Shown: positions 24,801 to 36,281 of the stretch, piece after piece
Layout of the letters: every line of letters starts with the position of its first letter
Numbering within the stretch: position 1 is the stretch's first letter
Program-made: the position numbers and the translations under genes
Assembly: GCA_002269645.1 (NCBI GenBank)
Contig: NIVC01000686.1
Coordinates: 1-64,000, forward strand
Direction: 5' to 3'
From: Macrostomum lignano
Taxonomy: Eukaryota
Length of the DNA: 64,000 nucleotides
Notes under the pieces: generated by a model
The model's input: the letters and a program-made list of their open reading frames with translations, nothing else
Told to the model about the DNA's origin: nothing
Database searches by the model: none

Positions 24801-27800
24801 CGGTCAATCGCTGTACTGTAAACTCGGTCAATCGCTGTACTGTAAACTCGGTCAATCGCTGTACTGTAAACTCGGTCTATCGCTACTGTAAACTCGGTCA
24901 ATCGCTGTACTGTAAACTCGGTCAATCGCTGTACTGTAAACTCGGTCTATCGCTACTGTAAACTCGGTCAATCGCTGTACTGTAAATTCGGTCAATCGCT
25001 GTACTGTAAACTCGGTCAATCGCTGTACTGTAAACTCGGTCTATCGCTACTGTAAACTCGGTCTATCGCTACTGTAAACTCGGTCAATCGCTACTGTAAA
25101 CTCGGTCAATCGCTATACTGTAAACTCGGTCAATCGCTGTACTGTAAACTCGGTCAATCGCTGTACTGTAAACTCGGTCAATCGCTGTACTGTAAACTCG
25201 GTCTATCGCTACTGTAAACTCGGTCTATCGCTACTGTAAACTCGGTCTATCGCTGTACTGTAAACTCGGTCAATCGCTGTACTGTAAACTCGGTCAATCG
25301 CTGTACTGTAAACTCGGTCAATCGCTGTACTGTAAACTCGGTCTATCGCTACTGTAAACTCGGTCTATCGCTACTGTAAACTCGGTCTATCGCTGTACTG
25401 TAAACTCGGTCAATCGCTGTACTGTAAACTCGGTCTATCGCTGTACTGTAAACTCGGTCAATCGCTGTACTGTAAACTCGGTCAATCGCTGTACTGTAAA
25501 CTCGGTCTATCGCTACTGTAAACTCGGTCAATCGCTGTACTGTAAACTCGGTCAATCGCTGTACTGTAAACTCGGTCAATCGCTATACTGTAAACTCGGT
25601 CAATCGCTATACTGTAAACTCGGTCAATCGCTATACTGTAAACTCGGTCAATCGCTGTACTGTAAACTCGGTCTATCGCTACTGTAAACTCGGTCAATCG
25701 CTACTGTAAACTCGGTCTATCGCTACTGTAAACTCGGTCTATCGCTACTGTAAACTCGGTCTATCGCTACTGTAAACTCGGTCAATCGCTATACTGTAAA
25801 CTCTTGACCTAACCTGTACCCAACTCAGTGATTTTATTCCCTTCCACACAAACCTTGAGCAATTCGCGATACAGCTCGGGAAACTTCTCCGCAGTGGTAG
25901 CCGGCACGTCCCGATCCAGCACCAGCGAGAATACGGGGAAATTGGTGAACACGGTGGCATAGCCGACCATGAGAGCGCCGGGGAACAGACTGACGGCGGC
26001 ATAGTAAAACACCGCTGAGAACACCGCCTGCATAGCTGAGATGGCCAGGCCGCGATGGATTACAAACTGGGCTAGCAGGGCCGAATTGCGATAGCACCGA
26101 CGGCCGTGCACCAGCAGCAGGCGGGCTGACTGCTCGAATCTCGACACGCTCACGTCGGCTGCTAGAGCGGCCTGTCGGCCCTCGCGACCGGCAATTCCTA
26201 GGCCACAATCGGCGGCCTGCAATGTAAACCATGATAACATTGATACTTTATCTCTCTGTTGGCTTCTTGCTAGCTACGAGTTCTTCTATCCGTCTGCCTA
26301 TCCGATGAGCTGACTGGCTACCCTCCCTCCTGTCTTATGTCTACCTGGCTTAGATATCCACCTGTCTACCTGGCTTAATTAGATACCCGCCTGTCTACCT
26401 GGCTTAGATACCCGCCTGTTCTAGATACCCGCCTGTCTACCTGGCTTAGATACCCGCCTGTCTACCTGGCTTAGATACCCGCCTGTCTACCTGGCTTAGA
26501 TACCCGCCTGTCTACCTGGCTTAGATACCCGCCTGCATACCTCTGGCTTAGATTAATTTTTCATTAATTTAAGTGCCTATTTGGTTAGAAACCAAAAAAT
26601 AGGTTTCAAACAACGTGCAATGGTATTTTGGACAATTCAACCTGAATCATCGCCACGTCGTTACCGCCGTCGCCAATAGCGGCGCAGCGTCGGCCAGTGT
26701 GGCGCTGCAGCAGCCGGACAACGGCCGCCTTCTGCGTTGGCGAACACCGGCTAACAACAACGGCCGGAGCGCGGCAGGCGATTCGAGCAAACAGGCGCTC
26801 GTCTTGGGCAACCGCCGCCTCCAGGGCCGCTCCGGTCAGGGCCAGCGCCTGCGAGTTGCGAATAAATTTATGGTAAAAATGCGTCTGAAGTCTATTCTGT
26901 CTTCTGTTTCTCCTTTTTGGTTCTTAAGACTGAGTATCCTCCTCATCTTAGGATTTAATTTATCTTAGGATCTAAAAGGTCTTCTGTGAGCTGAATTTCG
27001 TTTTTTTTATAAGTGACCTTATTGGTTACTGAGAGTGCCTTCTTTCCAGTGTCTCTCCTTTAATTATGGCTCTCGAGACGACTCTCCTTCCTCTCCATAC
27101 GGATCTCCTCTCCTTCATAGGAATCTCCTCTCCTTCATAGGGATCTCCTCTCCTTCATAGGGATCTCCTCTCCTTCATAGGGATCTTCTCTCCTTCATAG
27201 GAATCTCCTCTCCTTCATAGGGATCTCCTCTCATTCATAGGGATCTCCTCTCCTTCATAGGAATCTCCTCTCTTTCATAGGGATCTCCTCTCCTTCATAG
27301 GGATCTCCTCTCCTTCATAGGGATCTCCTCTCCTTCATAGGGATCTCCTCTCCTTCATAGGGATCTCCTCTCCTTCATAGGGATCTCCTCTCCTTCATAG
27401 GGATCTTCTTTCTCTTAGAGATCGCCCTGTCTGAAGGATCTGAAGGAGGATTCTGAAGGATCTCCTGTCTTTCTGAGGGATCTCCTGTCTTTCTGAGGGA
27501 TCTCCTGTCTTTCTGAGGGATCTCCTGTCTTTCTGAGGGATCTCCTGTCTTTCTGAGGGATCTCCTGTCTTTCTGAGGGATCTCCTGTCTTTCTGAGGGA
27601 TCTCCTGTCTTTCTGAGGGATCTCCTGTCTTTCTGAGGGATCTCCTGTCTTTCTGAGGGATCTCCTGTCTTTCTGAGGGATCTCCTGTCTTTCTGAGGGA
27701 TCTCCTGTCTTTCTGAGGGATCTCCTGTCTTTCTGAGGGATCTTAGTTGTTGAGGGATTGCATTCCGGGCACGCACCTGTCCCGCTTCAACGCGCCGAGC

Positions 27801-30800
27801 CGCAGCACGGAGCTCCCTATCGAGTAGGTCGGCTCCATCGCTGCCAGCTATCCCGCTGGCGCCGGAAATCCCAGAAGCAGCAGCAGCCGCCGCCGCCGCC
27901 GAGGAAGAGGAAGAAGAGCCGCCTGGAACTGACGGATCTCCAATAGAGGCTGGGGCCGGCTGGAAAACGTGTAGACCGGCGCCGCGTTCAACCAAACGAG
28001 CGGACCTGAGAATTTTAAATTTTGCTGTGTATATAAATGCGTACAAGGGGTTGTAGCCTAGTGGCTAGAGCGACGGATTCACGACTGAAAGGTCGGGGGT
28101 TCGATTCTCGACCCACTCGAAACAATTAGTGTCCTTATGTGTGAGACACTTAACTCTGCATTGCTTGAGTTCACCCAGCTGTAAAACAGGTGCCAGAATT
28201 AGCTGGGGTAATTGAGTCTGTGGGTGGCGACCCCCCTCCCCAGTCCTTGGACTGAACAGCCGTACGCAGGCTTCAGATGCGCCGCGCAATAGCTGCGGCT
28301 GAGCTGTCGGTTATCTGGCCATAGGCCTGTTGGGTCTGATGGACACAGAGTGTACATGCCTGACGATTAGAAAGTCAAAGCCGCTGTGTACACCCTGTGT
28401 GAGCAAGCGTGTGTATGAGTGCGGGCCTGCGTAAAGTATTGGGGCGCTTGCATGTGCTCAGGAGTAAACAAACCTGGCAATACAGCAGGCGGTCTCCAGC
28501 CGATCGCCAGTCAGCATCCAGACTCGAACGCCGGCATCGCGCAGAGTCTCCAAGCAGCGGCGCACGCCGTCAGCCAGCCGATCCTCCACTCCGGTGACGC
28601 ACAGCAATTCCAGGCCGGAATCCAGCTGCTGTCGAACCTGTTCAAGCCGCTGTTCCCGATCGCGCACAGCTAGGCCGGCCTGTTCGTAGCGAGCGCTCCA
28701 ATCGCGATAGAAATCCGGCGTCAGGCATCGCCTAGCAACTAGCAGAGTGCGCAGGCCCTCCCTGGACAAATTGGCTACTTCTTCGTCTATCCAGTCCAAT
28801 GGCTGCACTAGGGGGGCCAGCACGGAATCGGCGCCTTTAGTGTAGTAGGCAATCTCGCCTGATTGCTCGTCGCGGACCAGCACTCCCATGCGCTTGGACT
28901 CGGAGCTGAATGGGAACACCTGATGGGGACAGATAGGCCGGGGGCGTGCGTTCTGGTGTAGGTTGAAAGTACATTTACTACATAATCATAACTGAATTTG
29001 GACCCCTAATGCTAGGTTGGCAACCAGTGTTTTCATATTTTCTATTTTTTTTTTATTACGAGTATTGTGATTCTTAAAAGGGGTTGTAGCCTAGTGGGTT
29101 AGAGCGACAGACTCCCGACTGAGAGGTCGGGGTTCGATTCCCGACCCCACTCGGAACAAGTTGTGTCCTTGAGCAAGACAATTAACTCTGCATTGCTTCA
29201 GTTCATCCAGCTGTAAAATGGGTGCCAGCATTAGCTGGGGTAATTGAGGGTGTGTGTGGTGCCCCCCCCACCCAGTCCTTGGATTGAAAAGCCGTACGCA
29301 GCCTTCAGATGCGCCGCGCAATAGCTGCGGCTGAGCTGTCGGTTGCACATATGGCCCAATGTTACTAATAGTAAAAGCACCGTAGATAGCCGAACGCCAG
29401 CAATACCTGCAGCAAGCGATATTCCAACCGCACGCCAGCGGCATCAGCAGGCCCAGCCAGCAGCACCATCCGATCCTGGTCGCGCTCGGCCAAGGCTAGG
29501 CCGGCGCAGGCAGCCCAGCCGACCAGAGCCACCTCGTCCGGGCTGCTGGCCTGATAGTCGGCCGGTCCGCCGGCCTCTCCAGGCACCGGGGTGACGTTGT
29601 GACACAGGGCCAGGGCGCGCACCGCCTCAGCTGCCCGGCTGCCAGCGTCGGCGCCTTCACGGGTCACCCCGCCGCCGCCGTCTCGCTGCGTCTGCCGCTC
29701 GCTGTCGCTGTCTTCATCGGAGCCAATTCGAGCTTTTAGCCAGGCGGTCACGTGACAGCGCACTTCGGCTAGAGAATCCGCATCGTCAGTGATCACAAGG
29801 CTGCCGAGGTGCAGCTTTTTAAACACCTGGCGTTGGAATTGGAATTAAATAAATCAAAATATGGCATTAAAAGTCGAATTATCAGATTTCGTATTTTTCG
29901 TCTATGAATTGTAAGTAAATATTCAGGTTCGAGATATTTAAGTAGACCTACTACTAGCTCAGGTCATTCAATTTTTGTAGATCTACTACTAGCTCAGGTA
30001 ATTCACCCGACCGAAAATAATAGTCCTTTCAAAAACAGTAATTTTGCCAGTTGTGCCACAAATATATGCTCTTTGGCATAGTTAAAAAATTTTTGTCCAC
30101 CTTTTTTGGCACATTTGGCACAAATAATCTTTTTATTGCTAATTGCCCAACGAAACTGTTTGACACACACTAGTTGCCCAATTGCACTTTTACGATTGCC
30201 TTTATGTCCTTTTATGTCCTTTATGCTCAACTTTATGAAAGCTTACGTTGACAGGCCCTTTTCAGCTGCCACAATAAATTAAAGAGACATTCTGAATGAG
30301 ACTACTAGGAGTAGGCGCACCGTATTTTACAACCTTGATTAATTGTGAGTGAAATATATGCACGTCACATCTAGTATTTGTGATGACGCTCACAAAGAAA
30401 TAACTCACCATATTATTCTCAGTGAGGGTGCCAGTTTTATCCGACAGTAGATAGCTAATCCGGCCCAGCTCCTCGGGCACGGTGGTGTTGCGCACAACGC
30501 AGCCGTCTAAGCACTTGTCCCGCACAATCATAAACGCGTAGATAATCTTGGCCATGTCTAGATTCATGCGAAGCCTGCAATTAGTTTGTGCCAAGCTTGT
30601 TAATTTATGTGCGCAAATTTGTGAAATAAAGTGCATCAGTACGCCATTATTAAACCTAAATGTGTCTAAATTCTTTTCCTACTGTCTTAAGTGTTTGATT
30701 CCGCGACTAATAAAGTCTACCTTACTTATGACTGAAGTCTATCTCCCCATGTCCGAAGTCTTCCTTACCCATGCCTGAAGTTTATCTCACTCATGCTTGC

Positions 30801-33800
30801 TTGAAGTTTATCTTACTTATGCCTAAAAGCCTATTTCACTCATGCCTTAAGTCTACCTCACTTATCTCTGAAGTCTATCTCACTTATCTCTGAAGTCTAT
30901 CTCACTTATCTCTGAAGTCTATCTCACTTATCTCTGAAGTCTACCTCACTCATACCTGAAGCCTATCTCTCCCAGGCCATGCCTGAAGTCTATCTCATCC
31001 ATGCCTGAAGTCTATCTCATCCATGCCTGAAGCCTATATCTCCTAGGCCATGCGTAGTCTATCTCATCCATGCCTGAAGTCTATCTCTCCCAGGCCATGC
31101 CTGAAGTCTATCTCATCCATGCCTGAAGCCTATATCTCCTAGGCCATGCGTAAAGTCTATCTCATCCATGCCTGAAGCCTATCTCATCCATGCCTGAAGT
31201 CTATCTCTCCCAGGCCATGCCTGAAGTCTATCTCATCCATGCCTGAAGCTTATATCTCCTAGGCCATGCTTGAAGTCTATCTCATCCATGCCTGAAGTCT
31301 ATCTCTCCCAGGCCATGCCTGAAGTCTATCTCTCCCAGGCCATGCCTGAAGTCTATCTCATCCATGCCTGAAGCCTATCTCTCCCAGGCCATGCCTGAAG
31401 TCTATCTCATCCATGCCTGAAGCCTATATCTCCTACCTAAGCCATGCGTAAAGTCTATCTCATCCATGCCTGAAGCCTATCTCATCCATGCCTGAAGCCT
31501 ATATCTCCCAGGCCATGCCTGAAGTCTCTCTCCTAGGCCATGCCTGAAGTCTCTCTCCTAGGCCATGCCTGAAGTCTATCTGATCCATGCCTGAAGCCTA
31601 TCTCTCCCAGGCCATGCCTGAAGTCTATTTCACTTAATAACTCGTGTCTAAAGTACATTTCACCCGTTTCTGAACTCTATCTCACCTGTGTCTGAAATCT
31701 CACACACTTCACGTCTAGAGCCTCTCCTGCTGTCACAAAATCACAGTTATCTTTCTCAGTCAGACAATAATTGGAACACAAGAGCTACTCACGCCAACGG
31801 AATGATATAGGAGAACAGCAGTAGAAAGCGCCAAAAGTACTTGTACCATTGACCACCGAAGCCTTTTAGTCCAACTAGCAGCAGCGAGACTAGCAATACG
31901 GATACTACAAGTACTTTAGTAGCCAAATTAACTTCGGAATCGATTAGGGATAGTTTACTACGCGGCTTAGCGCTGTTCATAGCGGCCCGGGTCTCTCGGC
32001 CAGTGTAAACAACAACGCCTAGGACTGGACCGGCAGAGGCCAGCACGGTGCCAGCCCAGAGGGTGTTTTCAATGCCCAGCGGTACCTGGGCACCAGTTGA
32101 GGTAGTCAGGGTGCCGACAAATGTTGATAAGTCCATGCTGGGCCGTTCCGCCCACACGGTGGAGCCTTGCGAAGCATTTAGATCAGAGTCTTCCCAGGCC
32201 TACGGATTAATTTGATGACAGTACAGTACGCATTAATAATGCTTCAGTAGTTAAATTAGGATGCTACTACTCTCCTAATTCTTCAATGGGTCTGCTACTC
32301 CCCTAATCCTTCAATGGGATGCTGCTACTCCTCTAATCCTTCAATGGGATGCTGCTACTCCCCTAATCCTTCAATGGGATGCTGCTACTCCCCTAATCCT
32401 TCAATGGGATGCTGCTACTCCCCAAATCTTTCAATGGGATGCTGCTACTCCCCTAATCCTTCAATGGGATGCTGCTACTCCCCTAATCCTTCAATGGGAT
32501 GCTGCTACTCATTTCAATGGGATGCTGCTACTCATTTCAATGGGATGCTGCTACTCATTTCAATGGGATGCTGCTACTCCCCTAATCTTTCAATGGGATG
32601 CTGCTACTCCCACAATCCTTCAATGGGATGCTGCTACTCCCCTAATCTTTCAATGGGATGCTGCTACTCCCACAATCCTTCAATGGGATGCTGCTACTCC
32701 CCTAATCCTTCAATGGGATGCTGCTACTCATTTCAATGGGATGCTGCTACTCATTTTAATGGGATGCTGCTACGCCCACAATCCTTCAATGGGATGCTGC
32801 TACTCCCCTAATCTTTCAATGGGATGCTGCTACTCCCCTAATCCTTCAATGGGATGCTGCTACTCCCCTAATCCTTCAATGGGATGCTGCTACTCCCCTA
32901 ATCCTTCAATGGGATGCTGCTACTCCCTAATCCTTCAATGGGATGCTGCTACTCCCCTAATCCTTCAATGGGATGCTGCTACTCCCCTAATCCTTCAATG
33001 GGATTCTGCTACTCCCCTAATCCTTCAATGGGATTCTGCTACTCCCCTAATCTTTCAATGGGATGTTGCTACTCCCACAATCCTTCAATGGGATGCTGCT
33101 ACTCCCCTAATCCTTCAATGGGATTCTGCTACTCCCCTAATCCTTCAATGGGATGTTGCTACTCCCACAATCCTTCAATGGGATGCTGCTACTCCCCTAA
33201 TCTTTCAATGGGATGCTGCTACTCCCACAATCCTTCAATGGGATGCTGCTACTCCCCTAATCCTTCAATGGGATGCTGCTACTCCCCTAATCTTTCAATG
33301 GGATGCTGCTACTCCCACAATCCTTCAATGGGATGCTGCTACTCCCCTAATCTTTCAATGGGATGTTGCTACTCCCACAATCCTTCAATGGGATGCTGCT
33401 ACTCCCCTAATCTTTCAATGGGATGCTGCTACTCCCCTAATCCTTCAATGGGATGCTGCTACTCCCCTAATCCTTCAATGGGATGCTGCTACTCATTTCA
33501 ATGGGATGCTGCTACTCATTTCAATGGGATGCTGCTACTCATTTCAATGGGATGCTGCTACTCCCCTAATCTTTCAATGGGATGCTGCTACTCCCACAAT
33601 CCTTCAATGGGATGCTGCTACTCCCCTAATCTTTCAATGGGATGCTGCTACTCCCACAATCCTTCAATGGGATGCTGCTACTCCCCTAATCCTTCAATGG
33701 GATGCTGCTACTCATTTCAATGGGATGCTGCTACTCATTTTAATGGGATGCTGCTACGCCCACAATCCTTCAATGGGATGCTGCTACTCCCCTAATCTTT

Positions 33801-36281
33801 CAATGGGATGCTGCTACTCCCCTAATCCTTCAATGGGATGCTGCTACTCCCCTAATCCTTCAATGGGATGCTGCTACTCCCCTAATCCTTCAATGGGATG
33901 CTGCTACTCCCCTAATCCTTCAATGGGATGCTGCTACTCCCCTAATCCTTCAATGGGATGCTGCTACTCCCCTAATCCTTCAATGGGATTCTGCTACTCC
34001 CCTAATCCTTCAATGGGATTCTGCTACTCCCCTAATCCTTCAATGGGATTCTGCTACTCCCCTAATCTTTCAATGGGATGTTGCTACTCCCACAATCCTT
34101 CAATGGGATGCTGCTACTCCCCTAATCCTTCAATGGGATTCTGCTACTCCCCTAATCCTTCAATGGGATGTTGCTACTCCCACAATCCTTCAATGGGATG
34201 CTGCTACTCCCCTAATCTTTCAATGGGATGTTGCTACTCCCACAATCCTTCAATGGGATGCTGCTACTCCCCTAATCCTTCAATGGGATTCTGCTACTCC
34301 CCTAATCCTTCAATGGGATGTTGCTACTCCCACAATCCTTCAATGGGATGCTGCTACTCCCCTAATCTTTCAATGGGATGCTGCTACTCCCACAATCCTT
34401 CAATGGGATGCTGCTACTCCCCTAATCCTTCAATGGGATGCTGCTACTCCCCTAATCTTTCAATGGGATGCTGCTACTCCCACAATCCTTCAATGGGATG
34501 CTGCTACTCCCCTAATCTTTCAATGGGATGTTGCTACTCCCACAATCCTTCAATGGGATGCTGCTACTCCCCTAATCTTTCAATGGGATGCTGCTACTCC
34601 CCTAATCCTTCAATGGGATGCTGCTACTCCCCTAATCCTTCAATGGGATGCTGCTACTCATTTCAATGGGATGCTGCTACTCATTTCAATGGGATGCTGC
34701 TACTCATTTCAATGGGATGCTGCTACTCCCCTAATCTTTCAATGGGATGCTGCTACTCCCACAATCCTTCAATGGGATGCTGCTACTCCCCTAATCTTTC
34801 AATGGGATGCTGCTACTCCCACAATCCTTCAATGGGATGCTGCTACTCCCCTAATCCTTCAATGGGATGCTGCTACTCATTTCAATGGGATGCTGCTACT
34901 CATTTTAATGGGATGCTGCTACGCCCACAATCCTTCAATGGGATGCTGCTACTCCCCTAATCTTTCAATGGGATGCTGCTACTCCCCTAATCCTTCAATG
35001 GGATGCTGCTACTCCCCTAATCCTTCAATGGGATGCTGCTACTCCCCTAATCCTTCAATGGGATGCTGCTACTCCCCTAATCCTTCAATGGGATGCTGCT
35101 ACTCCCCTAATCCTTCAATGGGATGCTGCTACTCCCCTAATCCTTCAATGGGATTCTGCTACTCCCCTAATCCTTCAATGGGATTCTGCTACTCCCCTAA
35201 TCCTTCAATGGGATTCTGCTACTCCCCTAATCTTTCAATGGGATGTTGCTACTCCCACAATCCTTCAATGGGATGCTGCTACTCCCCTAATCCTTCAATG
35301 GGATTCTGCTACTCCCCTAATCCTTCAATGGGATGTTGCTACTCCCACAATCCTTCAATGGGATGCTGCTACTCCCCTAATCTTTCAATGGGATGCTGCT
35401 ACTCCCACAATCCTTCAATGGGATGCTGCTACTCCCCTAATCCTTCAATGGGATGCTGCTACTCCCCTAATCTTTCAATGGGATGCTGCTACTCCCACAA
35501 TCCTTCAATGGGATGCTGCTACTCCCCTAATCTTTCAATGGGATGTTGCTACTCCCACAATCCTTCAATGGGATGCTGCTACTCCCCTAATCTTTCAATG
35601 GGATGCTGCTACTCCCCTAATCCTTCAATGGGATGCTGCTACTCATTTCAATGGGAGACTGGGATGCTTCACGATATCCCATTTACTCTGATTTGAAATT
35701 CAGTTTTGATTCTCACCAGCTGAGTTGCGGCAGGCGCAACTCGCAGTTTCCAGTCAGTTTCACCGTCCAGCTGATCTGTGCGCAGGTAGCAGGCGCCTCG
35801 CCTGTCCGGGGCGCGCAGCAGCACCAGATCTGCTGGCACCCGGTCGCCTTTGGCCAGCCGGACAACGTGGCCAACTTGCAGCAGGCGGCTGGGCAGCAGG
35901 CGGACAGCAGACTCGGCCGAGGCGTCGGCGGCAACCTCGTACAGAGCCGAGTTGAGCTCCCGGTCGCGGCGCCATCTGCGCAGATCGTCAACAGCTTCGC
36001 GCAGTGCGGTGACGCAGATAACAAAGCTGAGCGGGCCCCAGTAGGTGTACAGATAGCCAATCTTCAGGGCGGTCACAAACTGCGATAGGGCCATGACTAG
36101 AAAGCAGAAGTTGAGAAACACGCTGAACTGCTCGTACAGCACCTGCGGTATGAAGCTCAAAGCGGAGTATTTCTGATTGCGCAACAAGTTGGGCGCGCTG
36201 ACCATTGGCTGGCCAAGTCGAACCAGGCGAGGCAGGAGAGGCCGCCGATGTCGCAGAAGGTGACAGCATCTTCGCCAGCAC
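21801..36281 (-). CDS. ATP9: P4-ATPase phospholipid flippase, ATP9A/B (Neo1/TAT-5) type; 5' exon not located
   Basis: Exons traced with consistent GT-AG phases: 36281-35717, 32199-31793, 30574-30409, 29826-29407, 28919-28474, 28005-27777, 26848-26642, 26216-25854, 24635-24374, 23160-23028, 21996-21801. Motifs: [44 protein letters not shown], and the C-terminal FLWKVSVIT...RPP. Confidence 0.95.
22173..22734. mobile_element. MITE-like element with long imperfect inverted ends, in the last ATP9 intron
   Basis: 22173-22330 is the reverse complement of ~22610-22734 (CTGGTTTTCGCCGAAAAATACACTACGGAGATAGGAAG). A diverged partial copy lies at ~11515-11890. Confidence 0.75.
23200..24325. repeat. 22-bp minisatellite in ATP9 intron
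   Basis: Unit CTAATCTGCAACAGTCTCTTCA. Confidence 0.95.
24713..25802. repeat. 22/24-bp minisatellite in ATP9 intron
   Basis: Unit CTGTAAACTCGGTCAATCGCT(GT)A. Confidence 0.95.
26335..26545. repeat. 25-bp minisatellite in ATP9 intron
   Basis: Unit TAGATACCCGCCTGTCTACCTGGCT. Confidence 0.9.
27100..27742. repeat. Two adjacent related 20-bp minisatellites in ATP9 intron
   Basis: GGGATCTCCTCTCCTTCATA (27100-27410), then GGGATCTCCTGTCTTTCTGA (27455-27742). Confidence 0.95.
28047..28312 (+). mobile_element. tRNA-derived SINE with CORE-like body (copy 1)
   Basis: A box TAGCCTAGTGG, B box GGTTCGATTC, then GTGTCCTT...ACTTAACTCTG...CAGCTGTAAAA. Shares a ~265-bp body with 29080-29344. Confidence 0.8.
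29080..29344 (+). mobile_element. tRNA-derived SINE with CORE-like body (copy 2)
   Basis: GGGGTTGTAGCCTAGTGG...GGTTCGATTCCCGACCCC head; TTGTGTCCTTGAGCAAGAC...CTGTAAAATGGG body. Confidence 0.8.
30830..31625. repeat. 22/26-bp minisatellite in ATP9 intron
   Basis: Units GCCTGAAGTCTATCTCATCCAT and GCCTGAAGTCTATCTCTCCCAGGCCAT. Confidence 0.9.
32258..35655. repeat. 30-bp minisatellite (with 21-bp variants) with higher-order structure, in ATP9 intron
   Basis: Unit ATGGGATGCTGCTACTCCCCTAATCCTTCA. The diagnostic TACGCCC variant recurs near 32770, 33755 and 34920. Confidence 0.97.

Noticed and set aside
23200-25802. Regular short repeats as CRISPR arrays
   Set aside because: Units are head-to-tail with no unique spacers, no cas genes, eukaryotic intron context.
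28047-29155. tRNA genes at 28047 and 29080
   Set aside because: Anticodon arms pair poorly, and both continue into a shared ~190-bp body typical of a SINE.
32314-35696. Long + strand ORFs (up to 812 aa) of [10 protein letters not shown] repeats
   Set aside because: By-product of a stop-free 30-bp minisatellite, antisense within an ATP9 intron; frames switch at indels.
36281-36281. Flatworm spliced-leader AUG supplying the ATP9 start
   Set aside because: An AUG joined at this acceptor would be out of frame with the ATPase, opening the 97-aa alternative frame instead.
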